64,000 bases of DNA. It comes from the human T2T-CHM13v2.0 reference genome, Homo sapiens. Where the stretch lies: the NCBI RefSeq assembly GCF_009914755.1, contig NC_060927.1; one strand, 5' to 3'. Below the pieces are notes generated by a model. The model made no database searches, had not been told where the DNA came from, and was given only the letters and a program-made list of their open reading frames with translations. Below, piece by piece: positions 27,105 through 42,891 of this stretch. Both the position numbers and the translations under genes were made by a program. How positions within the stretch are numbered: position 1 is the first letter of the stretch; each line of letters starts with the position of its first letter.

Positions 27105-27689
27105 ACTTAGTTCCTAGTATTGCCTCATTCTTTACTACAATGGGCTCTTAGATGAGGAAACATTCTGCTGTGTACAGTATACATAAAAGAGAAGTTATAT
27201 ATTTGTTTCAATGCTTAACTCCATACTTTATAAGGTAACTAAATACTCTTTTATCCATTTATTTCTGTTTTTTTTTTCCTAACAAGTATACATTGAGCAT
27301 CTGATATATGCTAGGAATTCTGCTCAGTGCCAGAATACAGAAAAATGTTCATAAAGCAACAAATCCAACAGTATCACAGAATCAACTGATGTGAAAACTC
27401 CATGCAATATTTGCTGCAGCCAAAGAATGGGAATAAAAGCATTAAGAGACATGAGTTGAAAATGCAAGGCAGTAAGTGCCTTTTATCCCTAGAGAACTGA
27501 CTACCCAAGGACATGTGCAGCACAGCATTACTAATGTAGCAATTAATCTAGTAACTTCTGATATCTCCCAAGTGGGATAGGTAGGAGAGGATGAAAGCAG
27601 AAACAGAATAATTTTCCTTTAATTTAAATGCAATTGGGAATAAGAGAAAACAAAAAAGAAAACATGGATCTTGTAGCTATTCCAGTTTG

Positions 27690-27691
<2 letters not shown>

Positions 27692-27731
<40 letters not shown>

Positions 27732-27752
27732 ATATGTGTGTGTATGTGTGTG
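27692..27752. repeat. (GT)n microsatellite
   Basis: About 19 uninterrupted GT units followed by imperfect units. Confidence 0.97.
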
Positions 27753-27823
27753 CTTTACTGTCTTAATTTTTTTTCTCATACATTTCAATAATATAGCCTG
27801 AGTTCAAAAGATAAGACAAGTAG

Positions 27824-28176
<353 letters not shown>

Positions 28177-29884
28177 GATTATTTCTTAACGGCTCAGAAG
28201 TAGCCATATAATTAAAAGACCTTAATGGCAACATTTATTTATTTGAATAGAAGTTTGACATAGTCTTGAAAGATAAAATAAGGACACTGCTTGAGCAGAT
28301 ATAATCGAGCTATGGTATAGATGTAGTGTATACCATGAAGATGTAGACATATTGTTATAATAGACCCAGTTAAATGATTATATACATACTTTTCCAGTGC
28401 AGAGAAAGACTAAGAAGTCTGTTTGGGGACACTGATATTCTTGAAATCATGGTTTAATTTTGCTCTTTTACCTTGAACACAAGAATTATTGCTTGCCTTA
28501 AAAATAGAATATATAATAAACAACCTACTGTAACTTCAAATCATACTGTTTTCTCATAATACATCACGTTATGCTTGAAATTAAGGACATATCATTATGA
28601 TTAATCTTACTGTGATGCAATGTTCTTTTTCATTCAGAAATTTCCGTGAAGTGTTTATATCTACAAAAGCTAATGGTGGAGTGAGATTCTTCCTAGGAAA
28701 ACTTGCCATATAAGTAGTCCTTGGGGAACTTGAGTGAGTGGAAGAGGATCTCACATAGTTTTTTTCCTCAGTGAATATTTGAAGAAATACCCCTTTCAAT
28801 CTCTGAACTTGTTTCAACCATGGTTTACAAAGTGAAGGAGACTCAAAGAGAAATACTTTTCCTTTAAAAGTAGAGAATTATTAGTCTGTCTATCCTACAA
28901 TCTTAATTATCCAAACAACAAAATAAATTAAAGCTACAAGTTTCTCTCTTGATTTTCTATCTATTATTTTTAATATCAGCGTGTGGCAAATTTCAAAAGA
29001 AATACAAGCAATATTTGTAATTATAAAAAGTTTAACAACATACTCTGTATCTCACTCTCTCAGGTATATCAAGACTGTTGACATGCAGAAGCAGTTCATT
29101 TAGGATCATGTTGATTTTGCTTTCTTGGTTGAAAACATACTTCTCTTGGCATGATGTTCTAACTTAAGATATCATTAGCTGGTAGGAGAGAAATGACAGT
29201 ATAAACTTAGACAAGACACATTTTCCCAAAAAGAAGGATAAAGCTATGTTTGTGACTGCCTGGAGATGTACAGTGCCTCCTCTGCTAGATAGATAAGTCT
29301 AAGTTTACACCTTTTCAAGGCTTAGCGACATTATCCTTATTGATTAAAAGGAATCTAGGTTGCTGAATAAGGGGAAAAATAACATGGAGCCTTTTTAATC
29401 TTTTGTTAACTTGCCAGATAGCATGTGAATTGAGGTGGGTAGGTATGTTAGGAAGATGTAAAAACTCTTTGGTACCTGTCATGCTGAAAAGCAAATTTTG
29501 TTAAAAGTACTTAAATATTTAATAATGTCTCTATTACCTTTCTTTTTCCTATATTATCTATCCCTGAGCTAAGTCTTACCTACAATACAGTCATCCACCA
29601 TGTTGTAAATCGATAAATATGTGCTGTTATCAAGAAAATATTACATATAACTGAAAATTAATCCTTTATATTCTAACAAATACTAAAAATGGTTAATACT
29701 TTATTAATCATTCACTTCATTTATTCATTTATTAACTTAATATTAGTTTAAAATTGATTAATATCTTTATGGTAGTTCTTAATCATGCTTGGTGACTCAA
29801 GAAGGTCATTATGGTGATCACGAAATACACTGTAGTTTCATGGTTGCTGAGGCACATCCATATATTTTTCCCTTCATTAAATGA

Positions 29885-30203
<319 letters not shown>

Positions 30204-30574
30204 TGCGCAGTTGTTTTTTGGCTTCGTTTGTTTTTTAATTTGCTTAATTTTCTTCTTTTTTCTACTGTTCCTTCTTGTTGTCATTGGACTATATACCTAT
30301 AGAAGTCAAGATTGGCTAGGTAATGCTTTAAGGGGGCCAGGCAATACGATCATCCAGTGTTCCAAGAAGTAGAGAAGAAGTGGATATCAGTGAGCACTTA
30401 TCTGTCTACGCAATGATCCTGTACTAGAATTTACACTAGAATTATCTCTCATTCATTTGTGAACCAGCACAGTTTTTGGTATATAGTAGGTTCTTATTAA
30501 ACATGTGTAGAATAAATATGTAAAAGCTGACCCTACCAGTTTTGGAGTGCAATATGAGTTTGATGTTATATATG

Positions 30575-30750
30575 ACATGATTTGCATATTGTTGGATTTA
30601 ATTTCCACAACATTGTGCAAGATAATGTGATTATTTTCACTTTATAAAGTAGAAAATTGAACATCATGGAGATTAAGTGACTTCACTATATTCAGCCAGT
30701 TAGTAAGTAGTAAAGCTGAGATTTGAATTTGGGTCTAACCTCAGCATCAT
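30575..30750 (-). mobile_element. MIR SINE
   Basis: ATTATTTTCACTTTATAAAGTAGAAAATTGA...GAGATTAAGTGACTT...TAGTAAGTAGTAAAGCTGAGATTTGAATT (reverse MIR core). Confidence 0.75.
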
Positions 30751-33700
30751 ATATTTGCTGGTTCCACAGTCCTATAACCTTGTCCTCTTGCCTATTTTAA
30801 TTCATTTCATCTGCTATATCTGAGAAACCAGATAATCTGTGAAAACACATGTACATCATTTTATACTTTGCTTATTTTCTAGTTTTTGACTGTATTCCAG
30901 ATAGTAGGAATTTATACATACATACTCAGTTATGGCCCAAACCATAAAGTATACTGATAAAATTCATTCTATATCGAATTCTCATATGGTATTTGAAAAT
31001 TGTACAAAAGCACAAATGTGGCTAGTTTAGGAAAACTTGATTATGCTAGAATCTATTAAAATTGGAATAATTTTATCATTTTTCACCAGTCCACCTTACA
31101 TTTGTTTTGGTTTACAAAGTTTGATATGTATTCAATATTTTTAGAAGAATGTCACACACAGACAAGTATGGACCATGTTACACATACAAATAATCTTTCA
31201 AACAATGCCTCTTATTACAAATATTATATTTTTTTTCCAAAGCACTTTTGACAATACAAGTTGAAATATTGCAAAAAAAGAAAAATAGTCACCAAATGTG
31301 GCACATTTACTAAACAGGCAGAAACTCTTTTAATGCAGTCTGAAGTTGGTTTGCTTTTCTGAGAACAACCATGGTGACGTTTTGCCTGGCCCTATTTTGC
31401 ATCTAACATTGCTAACATTAAAACAAGGGATGAAAGTTAAGAAGGGCCTTGCTTTCTTCCAAATTAAAAAAAAATGCCATTAATGCAAACAAGGTTGTTG
31501 ACTACTATGTACTGAACAGGAAGCTCTTAGAACCTGGAGCTGAGCCATTTCGATCACAATGACAACACTGGATTCACTTTTTAAATGTGGACTTACGATG
31601 CAAAAACAAGAAAAGATTGAAATGGGAGCGGATAAATAAAATCGATGTCACCTAAGAATAATTTGTTTGTTTCAATTACATTAGGATCTTCTTAGCCCCT
31701 GTGAAAAGTGTATTCCCCCTCTCACTCCTGGTGAAAATCTCATTTTGCTCACAAACATTTTAACACATGTAAGGGTGTATAGTTGAGTTCTCTGGCTAGA
31801 GATAACTCATAGCTGAATTTCAGAAAATAGACATGATCTTAGTCTTTTTATTAGAAGATTAATACAAATGAATGGAAGACTTAGAGCAACTCAGCTAATA
31901 AGCAAGTGAGACAAGTTGATTCTGTTGCCAAAGCACATTATTATGGATAAATAAAACCTTCAGAAACTCAGAAGAAGGGTCTTGCCTCATTCTAGCTAAG
32001 CTGTGTAAAAAGGAAGGCAGTTCGACAAGGTGTAGACATTTATTTGAGGGAAGAAAGGATATGTGTTGGCACATGGGTCTTTAACTCTAACAATACTTTG
32101 CTCTTCCCACCTCTCATGTTGCTACTACTTTCCCAAAACTGATCTCCCTGAAAAGGAAATTATTCACATAAAATGCTTAGAGAGTACATTAGTGAGATTA
32201 GTGTAAGCTATACTATGATAATTATGGTAACACACAAACTCAAGTATCAGTAGCGTAACCTAATTAGGTATACCATGGATGGGATGACTTTTCAGAGCCT
32301 CTCCTATCCAGATGGTGACCCAGAGATTTATTCTGTTTGCATCTTTTGCCTGTAACCACTTCCAGGTGATGAGCTGGGGAAGAATGAGCTGGCGGGAGCA
32401 CACTGACTCTCGTATACCTTGGCTAGAAATGTACATATATCAACTCAACTTACGGTCTGCTTGCCAAAAATTGGTCAAATGGTCCTATTTATCTTTGAAG
32501 GGACTGAAAGATACAGAAAAGCAACGTGGAATTTTGGCGTGGATCAATATATCTACCATGGGGAGCCAGTTTTAGAATGCTCCGACAAGGAATAACAATA
32601 TTTATTATAAGGGAGACATAATAAGAATATTTCATATTTAAAGGCTACCTATCTTTTAAAATAGGGGAAAAAGGCGTTTTTATCTTTGGAAAGACATGTT
32701 TTCCCATCCATCCATGTTCATGTAAGCTTTTCATGCAGAACACCGTCAGCAAATTTTGTATTTTAAAGAAAAATTGCTGAGCAAGATGTAATCGGGTTTC
32801 TTTTCACAGTCATCTGAAACAGCTAAGAACTTTTCTTTTTTTTTTTTTTGCCATTTCATTCCATTTTATTCACTTCTTAAAGTTTTCATTTAATTCACCA
32901 CATATACAAGGAACAGTCTCAACATTCCTGTCCTCCAAACCATAGCCCTCTCTTTAAATTGAAGTTCAGAGTCCATTGCAGAAAACCTCTCAAGGGAAAT
33001 TTCCCTCAATTAACTATGGCTCATTCTTTGATCTGTGCAATCCTCTCCTTATCACTCCCTGTCAGAATAATTCTTTGTATGTATTCATATTAATTGAATA
33101 CTGACCTATCTCATCTCTTTTAAAGATTATAAAATTCTCAGCACATGAGTCAGGTCTAATCTCAACTATATACTTTAAGTTCCTGTTACAGTGCTAAGCA
33201 TCTGTGGATACTCAGAAAATGTCACTGGCCTATTTATAAGGACTTGGAATTCTATATATAGGGTTTGGAATCCCCCATGACTTTACTAAATTTTTTGATT
33301 AATTTTTTCATGTTCATCAAAAAGAACATTTCGATGAATAAAAAGTAAGTCATTTAGCAGAGTCTGTTTTATAGCCCTTTTCAGCTTTGTAATAATGAAG
33401 GAGAAGTTGGAAGAAATGTTGATACCCTAAGACAGTAATGTATTCATTGCATCCCAAAATGTACTGTGAGTAATTCTAAAGTTCAAAAGTAATTAACATT
33501 AACAAGCAAATAATAAAAACAGAATTATCCTCAGAAAATAGCACATGTAGAATGCAGTTGACAGTTTGGAATAGGTTGTTGCCAAAAGAAACCCTCTGCT
33601 TATTTTCCAGCTGTGGCAGTTTGCTGCAAATTTTATGGATCTGAAAGTGTGTTCTAACCTAGACCTGTTGATTTTTGATGACAGTCTATAGAGTTTTAAA

Positions 33701-34279
33701 ACAAAAATATTTTGCCTCATTCACTTGGTCTTACTGAAGTATTTTCTTGCTTTGCATACTTTTGTTTTATTCTTTCAATATCATATAAAAATAACTTAAA
33801 TCCATCTTTCCCTGAGTAAAGAGAACAAAATAATAGAGCAACTGCATATTCTAAATAAATAGATCTTAATTCTAGCTACACATCATTAGAGTCATCATGG
33901 ATGTGTTTATAAATCCACTGCTTGACCCTGCCCTAAATGACTTTCTTTTGATTGGTCCAGAGGAGTTGGGCATTAGTACTGGTTTTTTTTTTTTTTTAGG
34001 TCATCTTGGTTTTTTCAAATGTTAAGCTGGCAGTCTGATTCAATATTATAAACACCCACCACTAAGTTTGGCTCTTTTTCTTTGTGATCAGCTAAAAATG
34101 GTAAGAATCTTACTAAATCAAGAAGTCTCCCAAGAATCAACCCCATCGATTTCACTCTGGCTTTTTATTTTAGTTTTCAAGAGTAGAGAAAAATATGTGT
34201 AACCAGAATGTGTACAGGTAAGTAAAAATAACTGGGATTTCATTAGATCTTTTAATCACCAGATTCATTTACTTGATTT

Positions 34280-34280
34280 T

Positions 34281-34322
<42 letters not shown>

Positions 34323-34330
34323 ACGTGTGC
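34280..34330. repeat. (TG)n microsatellite
   Basis: About 15 TG units. Confidence 0.95.
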
Positions 34331-35007
34331 ACTTTGGAAGGTTAGGAATGGATTTTAAAATGACCTAGGAAACAGAAATATTTAAGCAAACACTTAAAAT
34401 ATTACTAAGATATGTATCAGAATTGTGTGTCTGCTTTGAATATGAATTGCAATTATAGGTGAAGAGTCAGTAACTGAGAGTCAAATAAATCATACTATAG
34501 CCTTTTGAAAGAAGCTTCTCTAGATAGTATATTGAGGAGGGTAAGAAACCTAGTAGAAAACACCTATTTAAGCCCTCAGCTCTTTATGAAGTTTGGGGAG
34601 AGGCAGCAGTTGATTGCATCCCATTGTTCTGTTGGATCGAAGGTTGCCTAAGAAGCAGGACAGCAAGAGAGAATGAACCAAGAATCATCAGTCAAAAATA
34701 AATAATTCCAACTAGATCTATGAGCATATCAAGTCAGGATGGGAGAACTGAAACCAGGAAGCAGAGCAATCAGAATAAGACATTGGAAGCATCAGAGCAG
34801 GAGGTAAGTGGTGATCAGAAGAAAAAGAAAAGGGAGAGTCAGTAACAAGGCGGTAACGTTACAGGGAGGAAGCAGGAATGAGTAAAAGAGACTCAGGGAT
34901 CTTCTTAGGTGCTCCTCTTTAGGAAGCTAGTGTGCTGCTGGGCAGAACCAGGAAAAAGGCAGAATTAGACATAAGTATACTAGAATGAGCCCTATATTTA
35001 TGCATTG

Positions 35008-35102
35008 CTTCATTCCTTATTCAACAAATATTTATTGAGTACCTAGTATGTACCAGGCACTATGCTGAGTCCTGGAGAAAGTACAGGTGAACAAGATGGA
35101 CC
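35008..35102 (-). mobile_element. L2 3' end fragment
   Basis: ATTCAACAAATATTTATTGAGTACCTAGTATGTACCAGGCACTATGCT. Confidence 0.8.
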
Positions 35103-35911
35103 TTCTGAACAGCCTTCCTTCTCTATTCCCCACTATGCCTTATCAGTGAGACCTTATTCTTCTAGTTGCTTTGGTAGGACAGGCTCCTTAGGTGATTTTT
35201 TTGAAAGGTTGTTTGTTGTTGTTGCTTTTTTTTTTTTTTAGCAACGATGCATAATGTGATAGACTGTTATGTTTGCCCTGTTTGAGTTTATATTTCCACA
35301 GGCATGACCAATATTCACATTTATCATCTTCAAATTATACTGATTTTAAAAGTTTATTTTTAATTGTGCAATTCTCACTGGTTTCCTCTTGGTAATGAGC
35401 ACCTGAGAAGAACTGATAAAGTATTCAAACTGCTCCTTGAATATCCTATTTTAAAATGTGACCAAATGAGGTCCCTGCTTTGAGAAGACATGGAAAGAAT
35501 GTTAAGAGCTACTGTCTTTAACAAAGATCACCGAAGAGTATTCCTTCCACCGGCAGTGGGAGCTTCTCATTCCCCCATGAGTCTGGTAAATGCTCAGGCA
35601 CACACTGTTGCTGAGGAATAACCGAAACTCAGGAACAATCGTATATTTGTATGTTTCCTCCTTCCAAACTCCTGACTCTATTCTAGCTCAGATAGATATG
35701 AAGGAGTACGGTAATAAAGCATGTATACTATGAAATTGTACTAATTGGATGCATAAAAGATCACAAGTGCTGTGCAGAAACTCCATTCAAAGGGCCTAAG
35801 CTGTAGACATGCAAAACCTGCTGCTTCAGGTGGGCACTGAAGCTACCATTATAATAGCAGGGCGTGGGCAGTCCTATTTCCTCCATGTCCTTTCCCACAT
35901 GGCTCTCTCAG

Positions 35912-36168
35912 CAGGCTGCATTATGACTTTTACGGACCCTAAGTATCATGAACCCCTTACTTCATTAAACAATAAGATTTTATTTTTGATACAGTTGGTA
36001 TACAAAGATAGTAATTAAAATATTTTTTAATATTTTCTTTCATCTATTATAAAAGTTCACTTTTTTTCCTTCTGATTTTGAAGAAATGTAAAACATTTTA
36101 TGGGCTCCTAAAAGTATTGTGAATCCTGGGCAACCTGTCCAGGGTACTTAATGGATAAGGTGTCCCTG
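35912..36168 (-). mobile_element. hAT-Tip100-type non-autonomous DNA transposon (ORSL-like, tentative)
   Basis: Imperfect termini CAGGCTGCATTATGAC...ATGGATAAGGTGTCCCTG, AT-rich core, degenerate GGGCCC-type subterminal motifs. Confidence 0.6.
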
Positions 36169-36954
36169 CCTCTGGGGTCAGTACCACTGCATGCTCCTGC
36201 CATCGACTCGTGCCACCCGATTGCCATTTGCTTTTTCAAAATGCAAGCACAAACTTTAGATTCCTTTTTTTTTTTGGAATAAAAGGGCTCTTTACTGCTC
36301 ACAAGTTTATTTCTTATTATAAAAATCATTCCCCACCCCTTGCTTTTAGTAATCCCTCTTTACTCCTATTTAATCCTGGATGCCACAATTAGACAGAAAG
36401 CAAGAACTTTTTTTTCTTTTTCTTCTGTAGCAGTGGACACCTTATGAGTAGATAGATATTAACTGCTCCAGGTCTGTCAAGTAGATGCATTTCCTTTGCT
36501 TTTGATTTTCACTGAGTAGAAAAAAACCTCTGTTACTTGTTACTTTATGACATAGAGACTCCACTGAAATAGCTTAACAAAATGAAAATGTAAAGTGAAC
36601 CACAGCAATGGTGTGACTAGGGGTGCAAAGTGGATGATGCATTTGAAAGACAGAAGCAGACAGAGAAAGAAAGAGACAAGCAGAGAGACAAAGACAAGAG
36701 GTAGAAGGAAAGAGATAATACAGAGAAAAGTAGTTGCTCTGATAGTAATGTGAAGAGAAGTCTAAAAGGCAAGAGTACATAGTGCTAAAGGACAAAAACA
36801 TGGACTTCCAACTTTCTCTTCATTTTCTTCCTAAGATCATTACCTCTAACCACCTCCACTCAAAATAATTTCCCAAAAGTCATGTTTCCACCAAAGTCTT
36901 TATCTTCACTAGCCATCAATGGGAAAAAAAAAAAAGGTGATAGGAAGAGAGGGT

Positions 36955-37543
36955 TGCTCTAGTTATTACTTCTGCTTAACAGACTACTCCAAAATTTTAG
37001 GGTTCAGAACAAACATTTTTTGTTTGTTTGTTTACAGCATCTTTGGGTCAGGAATTTGGTCATCTTTGGGACAGCAAGAATGCCTCGCCTGTGGTCTGTG
37101 TCGTCTGCGGCATCAACGAGGAGGACTCCATGGCTGGAGATGACTCACGAGGTGGGAGCTGGAATTGCCTGGAGACAATTTCACAGTGGTTGAAATCAGT
37201 TATGGGCTGGAGTCCTAGTGGGGGGCTGTTGTTTAATGTACCTAAACGTGGCATCTTCATGTGGCCTGGGTTTCCATTGCTCACAGCATAGCAGCTTTGG
37301 GGTAGTGGCATTTCTTACATGACAGCTCAGAGTTCCAACAGGGAATGTTCCAAGAAAAACAGATGGAAGCTGTGTGTCCTTTTTTTTAACCTAGCTGTGA
37401 AAATTACATGGCATAAATTCTGCCATACTTTTTGAGTTTAAACAGAGACATGTCCTGTCAGATGTATAAATGGGGTGCATATAGGTCCTACCTCTCAATG
37501 GGAAGAGAGTCAAAGAATGTGTGGACATATCTAAAACCACCAT
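36955..37543 (-). mobile_element. MLT1F/G-type MaLR LTR
   Basis: GGGTCAGGAATTTGG, GTGGCCTGGGTTTCC...CACAGCATAGCAGCT, ACCTCTCAATGGGAAGAG, AAAACCACCATA. Confidence 0.8.
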
Positions 37544-37618
37544 AGACAGGTTTTAGCTAATTCTTCAACTCATTACTTTCTATCTCTGCTGAACATTATT
37601 AAGAACATTAGGTTCCAC

Positions 37619-37929
<311 letters not shown>

Positions 37930-40679
37930 CTACTCAGCCTTCACTAAGACAACAGAGCCTACCCTGTCATAGTACATCTTTCTTATGTAGAAAAATAACT
38001 AATACTCCATCAAATCACCTCCAAATTAAGGAACCCATTCACCCTAATTCTGGGGCTGTTATTGAGGAAATGCCCCTATTTTGTTAGAGGACTTATTTTC
38101 TTATGCTATAGAAATGCAGGCTGTAAGGTCCAATGTAGTCAAAATAAGTCATTATGTCTGCGTACGTAAGTGAGAATCCTACGATAAAGCTATGGACTCA
38201 GCAGAGCACCTTAGTAAATTATAATGAGGTTACTTCAAGGAGAAATCTGAGATGCTAATCTCCAAATTTCTTAGGATTAATTCTTTTCTGACCCGTCCAC
38301 ATTTTAGTTGACTGCTTGGTATGTATCATTAACAAAATATCTCCTGATTTAGTACTAACCTGTCAGCGCCTATGAAATGCCTTATGTCTCTTACTATCTG
38401 AGCTGTTACTCATACTGGTTTCTTTTCAATACCTATAGTACTTTTTCTTAGATATTTTCAGAACTGTAATTATACACTGTACAATTTATAGTCTCAAACT
38501 AGATGAATAAATAAAGGAATGAATAAGTTTACTGTTTTTAATTATTTCATGCTCATTGATCTGGTCTTCCAAGGTTTTCAATTCTGTAATACTGTGTCAC
38601 TTCCTCTTGAGTACACCCTATATAGCATTTAACCTTCCTTTATTGATTAAAATAAAAGTATTTATTATCAACTATAAACACAAAACTCTATTTAGAAGTA
38701 TGGTGACAGGTGAAACATTGACTGGAAGTCTACAGAAATGCCAATATCTTATTTATGGCAAATTGACTGTGGGTGGCACAGGGGTGACCTGGAAGGAAAA
38801 GGAAATGATGCTTTCTATATCTGTTGTGCTGAGATTGGACTTGAACCTACTTACTAGGAAACAGAGCCTATGTGAAGGAAAGGAACTACACATCCATTTA
38901 GCCTAGTGGTTGGGGTGGGATGAGGATTAGGAAGATGAGAGGAGTGTGTTGTACTTCGGATTCAGGAACTAAGCAAAGACTCCAAGTTCAAGGGGATTTT
39001 CAATTATCATTATATGAGGAAGTCAGGAACTGTAATAAAAGAATGATGACTGTAAGAACATATTAAGATTCTTTGCAATTAGTCTATGTTAGTTATTTTT
39101 ATTGTCCTCTGTCTATTTTTCTGCCATAGTTAACAGCAAAATTCTTGACGCTAAAAATCACAGTGGCTTATTCAGTGGCAGCAACCTCCTGGCCCATTCT
39201 ATAGGGCTGACTTGGATAAAAGGTCAAAACATCGTAGAAATACAAAATGATTGTGTTTCAAGTGGCTGCCTCAGGACAAATGAATAGTCTGGAGCTCGGC
39301 TTCCCCTGAGAAAAACCTTGGAAGAGTAACAAAGAATAAACAAGCAAGCAAACAACAAAACAACAAACAAGCTTATTTATATCTCTTTGACTTAAAAAAC
39401 AATTTAGCAGTAGACTATGCTTTTAGAAGCAATCTCCTCCACTCCAAAGTTACTATAGTGTCATAGACAGTGACAATTAATTAATGTTACTCAGGGGCCA
39501 GGACAGAAGCCCAGAGCACTGCAAGGTTTGTCTGAGCACTGCAAGTGTCTGTGCACTTACTCTTGTTCCTTTAAGCTTTTTTACCCTGTCAGTTGCACAT
39601 CAAATAACGTCTCTTTGCAAGTGTGGCTTATACTTCCCAGATGGGTCTCCAAGGCCCCTGCCCTCATTAGGCCTCTCTACCATCCATGGATTGACCTGGG
39701 CATCTGGAAGGAACTTCAGCTTCTGTTTCATCCTCCTTCCCCAACCCCATGCCTGTCTCCTGCCCAAAGTAGTGGGGAAAATATTTTTTGTGAGAAAGAC
39801 CTAAATGCGTTGATTATTTTAGAAACATATCCAGATCAAGAACTGGCTATTTGGAGGCAGTATATTGGCTTCCTCTATAAGCTGGAGTCTCCTTTTAATT
39901 AGCTAAAGGTAAAGTATGCCTCTAGCCATGAAGCCTAAGTTGTGTATCAATTCGTGGCTTTTAAACAGAAATATCAATTTTTATTACTTTACTAGCTCAG
40001 ACTTGGCCCTTCTTTCCTATTGAATTATATAGGACTGAGACAGGCCTGAACACTAGAAAAGATACAAACACGAGAGACACTCAGTCCTCAGTGCACTTCC
40101 TTTTCAGATTTTCAGATTTCCCTCTACCTGGCTTTATGGGCTCTTTTGAATAAACTTTCTCCTGAACTCTTCAACCTACAATTAATTCAAGAATTATTAT
40201 ATGGATTCAAGGACAGAAATACGACTATTTCATTTTAATACACATAAGGTCTAGCTTCTCCATAAAATCTTAAGCTTCTTTTGGGAAAGATATACGTCGT
40301 GTATGATTTCATGTCTTTTGCAATATTGAGTAGAGCACTCACTGAGGATATATTGTTAAAGGCCAGGTTTTTGAATTTTTGAATTTCTGGAATTCCCCAG
40401 GGTCAGGTGCTGTTTTTTTTTTTTTTTTTTTTTCTCAAGTGTTCTAGTTTAAGGCTGGGCTATGTCTGGTACATACTTTGCTCAAGGGGACAGAGAAGTG
40501 GAAGCTGCCAAAGGAATGCCAATGCGGGACACAGTTCCTCGGAGGTGGTGACTAAACTGTGTTGAGGAAAGGAGACGAAAGCCAGTGAACAGAGCTCTAG
40601 GGAATGGGAGGAAAACAGCCAATTGACAGAATCTCAAACAGGAAGACTGGGGTATTTTTTTTTCTTACCTGCAATTTTT

Positions 40680-42360
40680 ATTTTTATTTTTTATAGAAAA
40701 TATGTATTATACATATATTTTTGAAATGTTAAAAAACAGCTGCTGCTTAAAGTCTTAAAAAACCTAAGTTTCAAATTAGAGTAATCCCAAACAATTTCAA
40801 TGCATTTTGACTTTAATCCAGATTTTATATACTATATAAATTGTAAGTGTGAATGAAGCATACATGCATTTTTATTGTATTTAAAAACATTTTTTTACTT
40901 TAACATATGTCTCCTTGTTTCCATTTTTCTAAATTTCCTCCTTTGTTACATTGTTATTTTATCCAAAAGAGATTGCCTAATACTCACTATTCTATATCTT
41001 TCTGTTCTCACTAAACAATAAATCATAAAAATCACACTAAATCAATTGTTCACTGATATAGTTTTACTTCATTTTTTAATGGCTGAAGAGTAGTTTGTGA
41101 TATAAGTTTACCATATTTTTAACCATTTCTCTATTGAAGGGCCTTTTGCTTCATATTCATTATTTGGCTAGAGTGAATTAAACTGTGATAGATGCATATC
41201 CTGTACTTTTTTTTCCTACTTATTTGTGCTTTATTTTATGCTTGGACTAACAAGAAGAAGGTTTTCTGTGTCACAGAATAGATGCATTTTAATTTTAATG
41301 GACATTGCATTCCAAAATGTCTATAATACTTTAGATTTTATACTTTCCAGTCAAGTCATCACCATTTTAAACTGTTGCCAGCCTCAGCAGTGTAATGTGA
41401 TATCTCTGTTACTTTAAAGTGCATTTATGTGACTAGCTGTCAGTTTGAGCATCTAGTCTCTGTGAATTGCTTCTTTAGCCTTTTTTTCTGTCGAGCTTCT
41501 ATTCTCATCTTGACAAATTTTCAGTGTCCTATGTGTATTATAGAAACAATCTTCTGTCTGTATTCTCCATTGCATGTATTTTTTTCAAAGCCTATTTTAT
41601 GTCTTTTGATTTTGTCTGTGTTATCTTTTGCTACAGATTTATATGCCTTATCTCTTATAGTTTCTGGGTTTTCAGTCTTAGTTAAGAAGGTCACACTTGC
41701 CCCTAGATGTGCATATAATCTCCTAGATTTCTGCAAAAAAATGTTAGTTTTACTTTTTACAAATAAGACTTTAATACATCTGAAACTGCTTTTTTTTTTT
41801 GTACATAATGCAAAACATGAATAAATAGCTGACCGTGCCAGGGCTATTTGTTAACCATCCATCCTTTCTCAGTGAAATGAAAGACAACCTTTGTCAAGTA
41901 TAAAATCTGCTATTATAATACTGAATTGATTTCTAGATTCTGTCTTTCTTCTAAGGATTTATTTATCTATGTCATGCTGTTAAAAGAATGACTGGATATT
42001 AGTACTTTATAGAATTATATAAGATACTCAGCATTTTATATTTCTATAGCTTTGTCCACTTTTACTATTTATCATATGTATGTAGGCAGTCTATGAAATC
42101 TACACTGGCATACAAAGAGTTAAGATAATTTTTTTAATTCTGAAAATTCATAGTTGGGATTCATATTATAATTGAATAATATAAAATCGGTATGTTAATT
42201 TTAAAACATTAATAATTTTTATTACATTATTTCCCATCTAGAAACCTAATCTGTCTTTCCATATGTTGAGGAATTTGTTTTATATCCTTCAATGAGATTT
42301 TATAGTTTTGTTCATGTAGGTCCTAAGCCTTTGAAAATATTTTCTTAAGCATATAAAAGA
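40680..42360 (-). mobile_element. Diverged L1ME-type fragment(s)
   Basis: TTCATTTTTTAATGGCTGAAGAGTAG, TTAACCATTTCTCTATTGA, CTTTAATACATCTGAAA and CAATGAGATTTTATAGTTTT follow reverse L1 order. Confidence 0.65.
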
Positions 42361-42891
42361 TACACTATATATGGGTACATTTTATTGCAGTTACTCAATT
42401 CCAACAAAGTTTATGGGTTCCATTTTATGGGATCTACAGCAATAAGTTAAACATGTGATTGTGTGTGTGTGTTGTGTTAAAACAGCATATCATTAGCCTC
42501 TGTATCGTAGTCTAAATATAAAGTATGGGTCTTTCCTTTCTCCTACCTATAATTACCTTAATGTAGATAGTTTATAACCTCATATCTCTTCAACCTGTTC
42601 TAGAGTCAATGACTCTATATAACCCATGTCTGTCTACTATCAACTGCCTTATTAGTAAATCGTCCTTTTTCCCAAAGGAGCTGATGCAATCACCAACTCT
42701 TGTCATTCAGAACCAGAACATGAGCTTCTGATTGACTCTTAGAAGTGATGCAGGCTCCACGATTTACACAGCAGATTTCTATCTGTCTGTCTATCTATTT
42801 ATCTAATCATCTATTTATAGGCATATGGGTGACCTAAAATACACAATACATTCCAATTTCACTTGAAGTTTATGCATATATTATTTGTTGC

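Noticed and set aside
38556-39902. ORFs of 106-124 aa in apparently unique sequence
   Set aside because: No recognisable protein motif or exon structure, and two of them overlap in different frames. Coding potential cannot be supported without a homology or PhyloCSF check.
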